Shown piece after piece: positions 17,133 to 26,500 of a stretch of DNA of 64,000 bases. Positions within the stretch are counted from its first letter, which is position 1; every line of letters begins with the position of its first letter. The translations under genes and the position numbers were made by a program. Location of the stretch: contig MNWP01000030.1 of NCBI GenBank assembly GCA_001872575.1, forward strand, positions 10,780 to 74,779. Reading direction: 5' to 3'. Under the pieces are notes generated by a model. The model ran no database searches, was not told the DNA's origin, and was given only the letters and a program-made list of their open reading frames with translations. This DNA is from Candidatus Peregrinibacteria bacterium CG1_02_54_53 (GTDB lineage: Bacteria > Patescibacteriota > Gracilibacteria > Peribacterales > Peribacteraceae).

Positions 17133-18737
17133 ATGACACGTTTCGACCATGATCGGGACATCGAAGAAGCCCTACGGGGCCTTCGGGCCAAGCCTTCGCA
17201 GGAATGGCAATCACGGGCGCTCGCGCACCTGCGCTCCCTTGCGTCTCGAGATGATGTAACCCAATCGAAGATTGAGCGTATACAGGGGCAGACGGCCACG
17301 TGGCCGTTTCTATCTTTTCTCCCCACACTACGTATGCGAAACACATTCATTCCGGTTCTCGCTGCTGTTGTACTGGTTGTCGGCATGAGCATCGGCTCTC
17401 TGGCGAACAGTGCCACTCCTCAGTCCTCTTTCTATTCGATTGATCTGGCGCTTGAGCGTGTTGAGATCGGCATTGCCTCTCTTCGTGGCAGGCCAGCGCT
17501 TGCGCACGCATATCTGCAACAGGCTGATGAGCGTGTCGACGAAATGGTGACGATCGTTGGCAACGATGCCGCAAACAACCTGGTACTGCGGGATATATTG
17601 CTGATTCCTCAGGCATATGCGGCAGAGAATGGCCGCGGGTTGACCGCAGAAGAGCGAGCCATGCTCAGGGGGCTCGTCGATGCATTCCGTGCGTCATTGC
17701 AGCACTCCACAAGGATTATGGGAGAGCTCGCTGCCGATCCATCGATGCGCGATGCCGCGCATGCGTTGGCCGAAGATATTCTCGAGACAACCGAGCATCT
17801 GGCGGATGGTCTCGGTGATGCTTCGGATCAGGTGGAGGATGAAGAAGCCGGTGCGCTGATCGCCAGCGCCGCGGATACCACGAGCGATGCGGCGACCCAG
17901 AGCATTGAAACGATGGATGCCATTGCCATGACACAGGGGGCAGAAGTGCAAGAAGAGACCGGTTCCGGCAGCACCGGCAGCAGTAGCAATGATGAAACCG
18001 GTTCCGGCAGTACGAGCAGTTCAAGCGTGAGTTCGTCATCGAGCAGCCAAAGCAGCACGGGCGAATCCTCGTCCTCCGTCAGCAGCTCAAGTTCCAGTTC
18101 CTCTCAGGCAAGTTTTGTCGAAAAAGAAGAGCAGAAGGATCGCAGGGAGCAGGCGAAGCATGAGATCGAGAAGGCGCAGGAGAAGATCGAGAAGGCGCAG
18201 GAGAAGATCGATCATGAGAGTGAAAAAGATAAAGACACCGCGCAGGCTGAGCAGGAAGTTGCCGAAGCAGAGTCTCTGCTTGCCCAGGCTCAGTCACTCT
18301 TCGATAACGGTAATTTCTCCGAAGCGGAACGCGTTGCCCGAGAAGCGCGCCATATGGCCCAGAAGTCCGTGAGTTCCATCAAGCACAAGAATTATCAGCG
18401 TGGCAAAGATCGCGATGAGGAGCACGATAAAGATGAAGATGAAGGTGACGATGAGGGGAATAGCGCATCGAGTGCTAGTTCATCATCCTCAAACGTCAGC
18501 AGCTCCGCCTCCAGTGCTTCAAGTGCGAGCTCCATTTCCGCGTCCTCAGTGAGCAGCAGTTCTTCTTCATTCTCATCGAGCCTGTCATCGTCTGCATCCA
18601 GTCTCAGTAGCGAGCATGATGAAGAAACGATTGAGAGTGAAGGCGAAGATCACGAGGATGATCGCGGTCGCAAGGGCCCTTCGGAAAACGGCAACAGGGG
18701 AAACTCAAAGAACCCCAAAGAAAATGACGATGATTGA
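17133..18737 (+). CDS. Putative anti-sigma/membrane protein (DUF5667-like) with Ser-rich and coiled-coil low-complexity regions
   Basis: It lies immediately downstream of the ECF sigma factor. It has a single TM segment (FIPVLAAVVLVVGMSIGSLA). The ectodomain is long, with poly-Ser tracts and an EKAQEKI tandem repeat. Confidence 0.6.
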   Translation: MTRFDHDRDIEEALRGLRAKPSQEWQSRALAHLRSLASRDDVTQSKIERIQGQTATWPFLSFLPTLRMRNTFIPVLAAVVLVVGMSIGSLANSATPQSSFYSIDLALERVEIGIASLRGRPALAHAYLQQADERVDEMVTIVGNDAANNLVLRDILLIPQAYAAENGRGLTAEERAMLRGLVDAFRASLQHSTRIMGELAADPSMRDAAHALAEDILETTEHLADGLGDASDQVEDEEAGALIASAADTTSDAATQSIETMDAIAMTQGAEVQEETGSGSTGSSSNDETGSGSTSSSSVSSSSSSQSSTGESSSSVSSSSSSSSQASFVEKEEQKDRREQAKHEIEKAQEKIEKAQEKIDHESEKDKDTAQAEQEVAEAESLLAQAQSLFDNGNFSEAERVAREARHMAQKSVSSIKHKNYQRGKDRDEEHDKDEDEGDDEGNSASSASSSSSNVSSSASSASSASSISASSVSSSSSSFSSSLSSSASSLSSEHDEETIESEGEDHEDDRGRKGPSENGNRGNSKNPKENDDD

Positions 18738-18750
18738 GTTGTGAATAGTG

Positions 18751-18777
18751 AAAGAGGGGTTCGGCCCCTCTTTTTTG
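18751..18777 (+). terminator. Rho-independent terminator
   Basis: aaagagggg-ttcgg-cccctcttt is followed by a T-run, 14 nt after the stop of the anti-sigma-like gene. Confidence 0.7.
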
Positions 18778-18808
18778 TGATACTGGTAATGATGAGAAAT
18801 AATTGAAA

Positions 18809-19135
18809 TCAGGAGCCGGTTTCGATTTCAGGATCATCGAATATTCTGTCGAGAGTAATCGGCCGCAATCCTCGATCCGCCAAATCACGCAAATGCATGT
18901 CGTACAGCCAATCGGCAAGTCTGCGCTGGTGTTCACTCAAAAAGGGATACGCATCCGCGACGATGCCGAATAGGTTGTCTCTCACACGGAGTGATGCGCG
19001 CTTAATACGTTGTTGAGGTTCGTTTCGTGGAGAGAGTAGATGAAGAGCCGTTTCGGCGGATGCCAGCAGCTCCGTCTGGGGGTGCATACAATGAATATTT
19101 TGCAATATTTTTCTTAGTAACGCAAATGCTCTCAA
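18809..19135 (-). CDS. Hypothetical protein
   Basis: This 108-aa ORF sits in a lower-GC stretch. I recognised no motif and the start is uncertain. Confidence 0.35.
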   Translation of the reverse strand: MRAFALLRKILQNIHCMHPQTELLASAETALHLLSPRNEPQQRIKRASLRVRDNLFGIVADAYPFLSEHQRRLADWLYDMHLRDLADRGLRPITLDRIFDDPEIETGS

Positions 19136-19226
19136 ATATGCATTATCAGTACGGTATTGAATGTTTGGAACGAGCTTATGGCAAACCCAATCGCTGGTGC
19201 CTTGGGCTACGTCGTTCAGAATGCGC

Positions 19227-19568
19227 TTACAGCATGATGAGTATCAGAAACAAGGTTATGACACCGAATGTTCCAAGTGTTTTGAGGAAAAAGAAGACAG
19301 CTTCCTCCTTCTTGTTCTCGACAAGTAATGCTGCAGGACGATAGAAAAACAGAAACCCCATTACTGCGGCCGAAAATGTGAATAACGAAAGGGCTGCGAT
19401 AGAACCGATCAGATTATCGGGAGTGTCGTGATGCAATGAACTGATGTAACCAATAAGTAATCCAACTCCCCAAACATATGCAACTGCACCGATGGCATTG
19501 AGATACGGATTCCAACGCATGCGGGGAGTGTACCACAAGGTTTGCCGATAAATCGTGGTGGAGGCCAC
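19227..19568 (-). CDS. Small integral membrane protein
   Basis: The 113-aa protein has four hydrophobic segments. Confidence 0.5.
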   Translation of the reverse strand: MASTTIYRQTLWYTPRMRWNPYLNAIGAVAYVWGVGLLIGYISSLHHDTPDNLIGSIAALSLFTFSAAVMGFLFFYRPAALLVENKKEEAVFFFLKTLGTFGVITLFLILIML

Positions 19569-19577
19569 AAGTGATTA

Positions 19578-19832
19578 CTACTTCCACTCTCCTCGAATCA
19601 GCTTCTCTTTCTTCTCTCGTGTCCATTTCTTGATCTGCGCCTCTCTCTTTCGAGCTTCTGATTTATTGGGAAAAGGTGGTGAAGTCCAGGTAAGTCGAAA
19701 AGGGCCTTGGTTCACTGCAAAGCGTGAGCCTTGTCCTGCGTTATGTTCGGTAATTCTTTCCTGAGGGTTTCTTGTAATTCCAACGTAATACCGATGCGTT
19801 CTTGCTTGAGCTATATAGACGTACCAAGGCAT
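19578..19832 (-). CDS. GIY-YIG nuclease superfamily protein (UPF0213/YhbQ-like)
   Basis: 'WYVYIAQARTHRYYVGITRNPQERITEHNAG' carries the GIY-(x10)-YIG-type motif plus the conserved R and E. The length is 84 aa. Confidence 0.75.
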   Translation of the reverse strand: MPWYVYIAQARTHRYYVGITRNPQERITEHNAGQGSRFAVNQGPFRLTWTSPPFPNKSEARKREAQIKKWTREKKEKLIRGEWK

Positions 19833-19972
19833 AGCAGGAAAGCATACGTTGTATGGCCCTTCGACTCAATTTTGCTATGCAAAATTTCGCTCAGGGTCAT
19901 TCGCCTTGGCTCGCAGATATTCGTCGAGTCAAGATGGTTTACCATGAGCGAGCGCCGAAGGCGCGAGTCGAA

Positions 19973-20366
19973 TGGTGGAGATGCCGGGAATCGAACCCGG
20001 GTCCAACGTGTGGCGCAGCTGCTTGTACTGTCGTGCTCTTCTCGTACTCGCAGCCCTTCAGAGAAGAGCAAAGAAAGAGTGCGAGGGATGATGCCTGGTT
20101 GACCGCATCACCGCGACATCAGACGGTGACACTGCCTCGCTGATTACGCCCCATCTCCTTAGCGAGAATCCAGAGTGAGACGTGTTCGCATAGAGCGAAC
20201 CTAGGCGACTGCAAGGGCGGGCGCGAAATTCGCGAACGCCTTCTTGAAGACCGCCGGTACATCTGCAGTGGCAGATATTGTTTGCAACAGTGGGTGCGGG
20301 AACCGTTGCCATCCCGAACAGAAGCGAAACTTCACCAGTATCACGCTGTCGAAACCTGTCATCCCC
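19973..20366 (-). ncRNA. ssrA: tmRNA (transfer-messenger RNA)
   Basis: The 5' end is GGGGAUGACAGGUUUCGACAGCG. The 3' end is GGACCCGGGUUCGAUUCCCGGCAUCUCCACCA. The acceptor stem pairs and includes G3.U70. The internal tag frame ends ...ADVPAVFKKAFANFAPALAVA-UAG, with the stop at 20201-20203. The length is 394 nt. Confidence 0.9.
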
Positions 20367-20449
20367 ATGATGCGAACGATCAATAGGGATAGTGTACTCC
20401 TGTTGGAGAGAGTAATTGACAAAATAATAAATAATTATAATATATATCT

Positions 20450-20596
20450 ATGAACGACAGGATGGATACCGATGGCATTGATTTTCTCGTGCCGGAACTG
20501 GAACGGAATGAGGAGACCCCCGTTTCTCGGGACGATGATGTCGGCGACTCGATTGGTCACGTGATTGCGGATGTCATAGCAAACGAAGTCGAATAA
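20450..20596 (+). CDS. Small acidic hypothetical protein (48 aa)
   Basis: The ORF ATG..TAA encodes MNDRMDTDGIDFLVPELERNEETPVSRDDDVGDSIGHVIADVIANEVE. It is preceded by an AT-rich promoter-like region: TTGACA at 20416-20421 and TATAAT at 20436-20441, 8 nt before the ATG. Confidence 0.35.
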   Translation: MNDRMDTDGIDFLVPELERNEETPVSRDDDVGDSIGHVIADVIANEVE

Positions 20597-20614
20597 TCTT
20601 TCCCATTTTTCCGT

Positions 20615-20878
20615 ATGATTCCATTAGATAGAGATGAAGTGTTCCGGACGGCAGAAGGGATTTATGAGCGCAGAAGCGGCCACCCTATTCCATCGAAGAT
20701 CCAGTTGTCATTGGGGGCCGATCTGTTTTTGCAGGGCTGTCACACGGCACAAAATAAAGCGGAAATGCTTGGCAGTATCGCAGAAAAGCGTGCGCTCCAT
20801 CGCCAGTGCGGGCCAGAGAGCCCACTTTCACAGGAGACGTTCGACATAATTGATGTTGTCAGCGAGGCACTGCAGTAG
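20615..20878 (+). CDS. Hypothetical protein
   Basis: This 87-aa ORF is followed by a strong hairpin terminator. Confidence 0.45.
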   Translation: MIPLDRDEVFRTAEGIYERRSGHPIPSKIQLSLGADLFLQGCHTAQNKAEMLGSIAEKRALHRQCGPESPLSQETFDIIDVVSEALQ

Positions 20879-20900
20879 TTGCTTAGGCGCATGAACTGAA

Positions 20901-20923
20901 AAACGCCGCGGGTAGCGGCGTTT
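20901..20923. terminator. Bidirectional rho-independent terminator between convergent genes
   Basis: aaacgccgc-gggta-gcggcgttt is a 9-bp stem flanked by A-run and T-run sequences. Confidence 0.7.
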
Positions 20924-20945
20924 CAAAATGCGAAGAAAATCTTTA

Positions 20946-21563
20946 CTACGCCTTCTTCATTGCCCGCACCGTCCACAACATCTTCGATAATTCATCACGG
21001 GTGATGGGGCCATTCAGATCGGCATCAGCCGAAAGTGCACCACCGGCAACGAGGGCTTTGACGTAGTGAGCGGACCACCATTCATTTGGATCCGTGGTAT
21101 CCGTAGCCAATTGGAAAGCCTTAGCCAGCGCCTTGGCGGCTTCGGCACGTGTGACGGGGGCGTTCGGACGGAACGATCCGTCGGTGTAGCCGCGCATGAG
21201 GCCTGCACGCATGGCTGTGCAAAGGTCGATGCCGTACGTGGCATTCTTGGGCACATCACGGGCGAGCAGGGAGTAGTCGGATTCTGAGAGCTTAGGGAAG
21301 CAGCGCTCTGAGGGCTTGTAGAGCCGACGCACGATGGCTGCCACAAAAGTGGAACGTTTGATGGTTTCACCACCGGTCCACGTGTAGGCGATATTTTCGA
21401 CGGCGGGCAGGGGCGGCGGCTGAGCTGTAGCCACAGGTTCTTCCTCTACGAAGAGGGTGGGAACGGGCGGCGGCAGCATAATGTCTTCAGGAAAGTACGC
21501 AACTGCCGCATTGGGCGCGAACAGCGCGAGCGAGAGAAGGATAGAGAGAGAACGGGTAAACAT
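20946..21563 (-). CDS. SLH-domain envelope protein
   Basis: It has a signal peptide (MFTRSLSILLSLALFAPNAAVA). The SLH motifs are 'GYTDGSFRPNAPVTRAEAAKALAKAF' and 'ITRDELSKMLW'. Confidence 0.75.
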   Translation of the reverse strand: MFTRSLSILLSLALFAPNAAVAYFPEDIMLPPPVPTLFVEEEPVATAQPPPLPAVENIAYTWTGGETIKRSTFVAAIVRRLYKPSERCFPKLSESDYSLLARDVPKNATYGIDLCTAMRAGLMRGYTDGSFRPNAPVTRAEAAKALAKAFQLATDTTDPNEWWSAHYVKALVAGGALSADADLNGPITRDELSKMLWTVRAMKKA

Positions 21564-21640
21564 TGAAAAGGCGGGGAAGGAGAGGGATTGTGAACTACCC
21601 TTGTCCTCTGTGCAAGGCATTGAACACGCATCGTGCTCAC

Positions 21641-22840
21641 TTAGTCGTCAAGTACCTGCAGTTTGCTTAACATGCGCATATATGCCGTTTCAGGGTTATG
21701 CAGCTCACTTCCACAATGCAGCGTAAAACGTATGAAATGGTGCAGTGAGACGACAAAGGCGCTTCGGGCCGTGCACGATGTGGTTTCTTCGTAGAGGATG
21801 GTACGGATTGTTCCGACCGTTTCATCGGAGAGAATGAAGACATTTGACGCTTCTTGCAGTTCTGCAATGGCGTCGTGCACTTCACTTAAAGGAAAACCGG
21901 TGAGCGAGAAATCCGTCTCGATGCAGGCATTCCAGCCCCAACATTCCTTTTGGGGGCCGATGTAGAGCTTCCAGAGTGAGCGCAATTTCGGAAAAATCGT
22001 TCCGTCGTACGTTCCGCGCGTCACGAGATGCGGCTTGGGCCATGAATTGGGATACGCAAGCGAGTATCCGAGATCTTCATTGGAGGCATCGGCCCACGTG
22101 ACGGGATTCGCCACTTCCACTTCGTCGAGGGCGATGCGCTTTTCCGGCAGTTCTTCGGATGGAAGTTTCAGAAGACGGGCAACCATCTCGGCCATTTCTC
22201 CGCGCGTAAGCGTATGTGCGTAGTCCTGCGCCGTCGGGGGGATCGCTTTGGCAACGTCGAGATAATGGACATACGGCTTGTACCACTCCGCGCCCAACTG
22301 ATCCAAATCCGGAATCTTCACGGGGGCGAGCTTAAAAGCAATGGCGAGGATTTTGGATGCTTCAGCCAGTGAAATAGGCCGCTCGGGGCGGAACGTGCCG
22401 TCACCGTAGCCCGAGATGAATTGTTGTGACCACGCCACACAGACTGACGGTGCGAACCACGCGTCAGACGGCACATCCGACAGTTGCATGCCGAGGCCGA
22501 ACTTCTGCAGTGATTCCTCGTCTTCAAGACAACCGTCGATGAGTGTTTGCGGTGCAAGAGCATGCACGATCATCTTCACGAATTCGGCTCGGGTCACGGA
22601 TGACTCGGGCCAGAACACCCGGTATTCCCCGGGCACGACGAATCCCTGCACGATGTCACGCTGCCTGAGAAGCTCAATCGATTCGGCATACGGATGCGTG
22701 TCGGGCACGTCGTGAAAGAACATTGCCGCGGCAGCCCAAGGCAGAAATCCGAAAGCGATACATGTGAGCGAGACGATCCAACGAGTCAGGTGCATGGAGG
22801 CCATTATAGCATTGGCGATTTGGATATTGTCGATTGGCAA
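21641..22840 (-). CDS. SLH-domain envelope protein with a C-terminal unknown domain
   Basis: It has three SLH-like repeats: 'FHDVPDTHPYAESIELL...VTRAEFVKMIVHAL', 'SGYGDGTFRPERPISLAEASKILAIAF' and 'TLTRGEMAEMVARLL'. The start is uncertain (Met at 22804 or 22795). Confidence 0.75.
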   Translation of the reverse strand: MPIDNIQIANAIMASMHLTRWIVSLTCIAFGFLPWAAAAMFFHDVPDTHPYAESIELLRQRDIVQGFVVPGEYRVFWPESSVTRAEFVKMIVHALAPQTLIDGCLEDEESLQKFGLGMQLSDVPSDAWFAPSVCVAWSQQFISGYGDGTFRPERPISLAEASKILAIAFKLAPVKIPDLDQLGAEWYKPYVHYLDVAKAIPPTAQDYAHTLTRGEMAEMVARLLKLPSEELPEKRIALDEVEVANPVTWADASNEDLGYSLAYPNSWPKPHLVTRGTYDGTIFPKLRSLWKLYIGPQKECWGWNACIETDFSLTGFPLSEVHDAIAELQEASNVFILSDETVGTIRTILYEETTSCTARSAFVVSLHHFIRFTLHCGSELHNPETAYMRMLSKLQVLDD

Positions 22841-22913
22841 TTATTGATGATGTCGCCAATCGACAAATCGTCAATCGACCATCTACGCTGTCGTTGTCTC
22901 TCCCCCCATCTTT

Positions 22914-23108
22914 ATGGATCAGGCAGAACTCCAGAAACGCGTCGAGGAATTCCTCAAAAGCCTTGATATTCCAAGCTTTATTGTCTTCAGATTTCAGAAG
23001 AGTGAGAAGGAGTTCGGTTTCATCTGGTCGCACCACGAAGCGCCGCCGAGCGTCGTCATCAAAGGACTCTCGTGGGCGTTGCACGATTTCGTCAATAAGA
23101 AACTGTAA
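22914..23108 (+). CDS. Small hypothetical protein
   Basis: This is a 64-aa ORF. I recognised no motif. Confidence 0.4.
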   Translation: MDQAELQKRVEEFLKSLDIPSFIVFRFQKSEKEFGFIWSHHEAPPSVVIKGLSWALHDFVNKKL

Positions 23109-23111
23109 TGC

Positions 23112-23465
23112 TCACCGAAGAATTTCCTTCATCACCCAGTTGGCGAAGCCGATCGCAGAAGCCACCACGATCCAGCCCCACACGCCGCCAAAAATTTCCA
23201 ATCCCACAACGGCGGGGTCCATCTTGAGCACGAGCAGATGCACCAGCCACACGAAGGCTCCATTCACCATGATCACTGCGAGAATCGTTGCGAAGAGCTT
23301 GAGAGGCATGGTGAGGATCGCGAGCACCGGCCGTACGATCAGATTGAGCAGTGTCAGCAGCGCGCCGACGATGACGATCGCCCGCCATCCCCCCGTAAGT
23401 GCGAAGTACTGATTAAGGTACGTCGCCATCGCCCAAACGAGAGCGATGTTCAATATCGCTTTCAT
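23112..23465 (-). CDS. Phage-holin-family-IV/DUF360-like 4-TM membrane protein
   Basis: 'ALTGGWRAIVIVGALLTLLNLIVRPVLAILTMPLKLFATILAVIMVNGAFVWL' is typical of the YvlD/holin-4 family. I placed the start at Met23 of the listed ORF. Confidence 0.55.
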   Translation of the reverse strand: MKAILNIALVWAMATYLNQYFALTGGWRAIVIVGALLTLLNLIVRPVLAILTMPLKLFATILAVIMVNGAFVWLVHLLVLKMDPAVVGLEIFGGVWGWIVVASAIGFANWVMKEILR

Positions 23466-23537
23466 GGTGATCTTGAGCGGCAGTGAGCCCGAGGAGTCGG
23501 CCATGGGGGGCAGTGTAGCCGAGGAAGTCACGATGTT

Positions 23538-26500
23538 CTACAGCTTTGTCAGTCTCACCGTCACCTGCACGCCATCCACCTCCATCTGTTGCAATGGTCC
23601 GTCATTCTTTTGCAGTATGGCGTTCGTTTCTTGCGCGATGATTTTGCCGTGTTCCTTCAGTACATCCGGCAGCCCGTCGATCTGCAACGCAATGCGATCG
23701 GTGAAGTGCAGTCCGGCCTCTTTGCGCAGCTTTTGCACGATGCGGATGAGGTCGCGTACGAGACCTTCACGCTTGAGCGTATCGGTCACCGTCGTATCCA
23801 TACTGACGATCACGCCGTGATCCGCCGCCATATCCGCACCCTCCGCGCCGCGATAGGTGATAGCGACTTCGTCGGGAGCCAGAACTTCATCGAGAATCAG
23901 GATGGCGCCGTCTTCGCGTACAGTGAAGTCGCCTGACTTTCCCGCTTTGATGATTTCCTGCACGCGTGCGCCCAGACGCGGACCGACTTTGCGGGCATCC
24001 ACCTGTGCAATGCGGGTGGCGAGTGCACCGGGATCATCGGTGAATTCCAAATCTTTCACGTTGAGTTCGCTTGCGAGGAGCTGGCGGTCTTCTGCCGTGA
24101 GGGCAATCTTGGCGAGTGCGGGGGGTAATGCGACGACCGCTTTTTGCAGGGGTTGGCGCACTTTGATCTTCTTGCCCGCGCGAATGCCGTGGCCCAACGA
24201 AACCAACAGCCGCAGAAGGCGGTGACGGTCAATGAGCGAGTGCTCCTGTTTCGTGAGTGCGCGGACATCGGGCCAATCGGTGAGGTGCACTGAACCGTGT
24301 TCCTCGGGAACGAGATTCACGTAGATGGCATCGGTGATGAACGGACAGAAGGGAGCGAGTGTCTGACAGAGTGTGAGAAGCACGTCGTACAGGGTCGCAA
24401 GTGCATCCAACCGCTCTCCCTCGTGTTCTTCGAGTTCGGCAGAGGGGCTGAGATCTTCCTCATCGATGCCGCCTTTTCCGGCGAAGCGCCGACGCGATAG
24501 GCGCACGTACCAGTTGGTGAGCGCATCGATCGTGTCGTGCATTTCGCTGCACGCGGCCGAGAGATCGTAGCGGCCGAGCTGCAGTGTCATACGGTTCACG
24601 AGGTCCTGCACTTCTGCGCGGATGTACTGATCGAGCGGATGGCCGGAGTGTCGGCGGCTTGTCACGGGCTCAAACTTCGCGGCATTGGCGTATGTCGTGA
24701 AGAAACTGTAGACGTTCCACAGCGGCAGCAGTACCGAACGTACGGTCTCTTCCACCAATTTTTCCGAGAAGCGCAGATCTTCACCCTTTACAGCCGGCGA
24801 GCTCATGAGCGTGAAGCGCACGGCATCCGCTCCGTGACGATTGACGACCTCGGTCGGCTCGGGGTAGTTCTTGAGACGCTTGCTCATCTTCTTGCCGTCT
24901 TCCGCCAGCACGATGCCGTTGACGATGCAGTTCATGAAAGCGGGTTTCTTGAAGAGTGCCGACGAGAGGATCATCAGGGTGTAGAACCATCCGCGTGTCT
25001 GATCCATTCCCTCGGCGATGAAGTCGGCCGGGAATCCGACGGGAAACCTCTTCTTATTGTGAGGAAAAGCGAAGGGGAAGTGGCTTTGTGCGTAGGGCAT
25101 GGAGCCCGACTCAAACCAGCAATCCAGCACTTCGGGAATACGCTGCATGGGCGCCGACAGTGTGAGCTCTATCGCTTCGGCATTCTTGGGTTCGATGGTA
25201 GCTGCTTCCTCCAGTGTGAGATTGTCAACGAGGGCCTGTATGCATTTCATCGGGCCGCCGTGGCAGGCCACGAGTACGTGCTTGCCTGGAAATTCCGTGC
25301 GGATGCGCTGCAGAGCCTGTGTAATACGCTGGAGGAAGGTTTCGAAACTTTCCCCTCCCGGAGGAGTATGAGGAGAGAGTCCCGGACTGACCATGTTGCC
25401 CCGTGGTAGTTTCATCACATAGTCTTCTCCATGTTTACCGGTCCAATCGCCCGTGTCACGTTCACGCAACTCTTTCAACTGCGCAACATGCGGGATTTTC
25501 AATTCCTTGCTGAGGATTTCGGCGGTCTCAACGGCGCGTTTCAAGTCTGAAGAAATGATAACGTCGAACTTTCGCTTTTTCAGCTTCTTTGCAAGGTCCT
25601 GCACTTGTGCACGTCCCGTCTCGTTGAGGAGGGTATCGATGTTGCCGCCGTTCACGAGATGCTGCTTGTTGTAATCGGTCTGACCGTGGCGCACAACGGT
25701 GAGGAGGACATCGGGCGATGAGCGATAGGCGATTTCGTATGCTTCGGCATTCGATGAGAGTGATCGGGTCTCTTCGGGCGGAGCATGTTCAACGATGGAT
25801 TGCATGGCACGAAGAACACCGCCGTGTCCAACGAGAAGAATATGTTTGCCAACAAACATCCCGAGCAGTTCCCCGAGAGCCCGCTCTGTTCGTACAAGGA
25901 ATGCGGCCCGTGTTTCTCCGTTTGGGGGATTTCCCGGATGGAATGAAATCGACACACCTTGAGGCATTGAGAATTCCCGTCGGATTTCATCGGTGGAGCG
26001 ACCGCTCCAGTCTCCCTGGTTTCTCTCGCGAAGAATTTCCAACGATGCACTATGGGGGATTCCAAGTTCCTGAGACAGGATCTGTGCCGTTTCCACAGTG
26101 CGCGAGAGATCCGAAGAGACGATGGCGTCGAATTTTTTCCGCTTCAATTTTTTTGCAAGATCATGTGCCTGCTTTCGTCCGGTCTCATTCAAAGGGATAT
26201 CCCCGTTTCCCCCCTGGAGTTTTCTTTCTTTATTCCAATCCGTTTCGCCATGTCTCACAAATGTCAAATGCACGCTTTTTTCTTTGCTCGGCGATGCCCC
26301 CCATGTCACGTCATCCACGATGTGCTTGTGCAGGTCGAGCTGGCCTTGCGTACGGTGATCCCAAAAGAACGAGACCGGTTCGGCGTACCGGGGATAGGGC
26401 TGGTGGCTGAGCTTAAGCGGATCTTCTTTGTTGAAGAAGTGGCGGATGTTCTGCACCGGATCGGCGTGCGTGACGATGACTATGTGGTTGCCGCGGTGTA

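Noticed and set aside
17940-18620. Tandem nucleotide repeats (ggttccggcag…, gagaaggcgcaggagaagatc ×2, poly-AGC tracts)
   Set aside because: They lie within one continuous ORF and encode Ser-rich linkers and an EKAQEKI coiled-coil repeat. This is coding low complexity, not a non-coding repeat array.
18790-18830. Possible direct repeat of the tmRNA 3' end (ggagccggtttcgatttc vs ggagatgccgggaatcgaaccc) marking the far border of the ssrA-adjacent islet
   Set aside because: The similarity is limited to a few scattered bases and lies inside an ORF, so it is not convincing as an att site.
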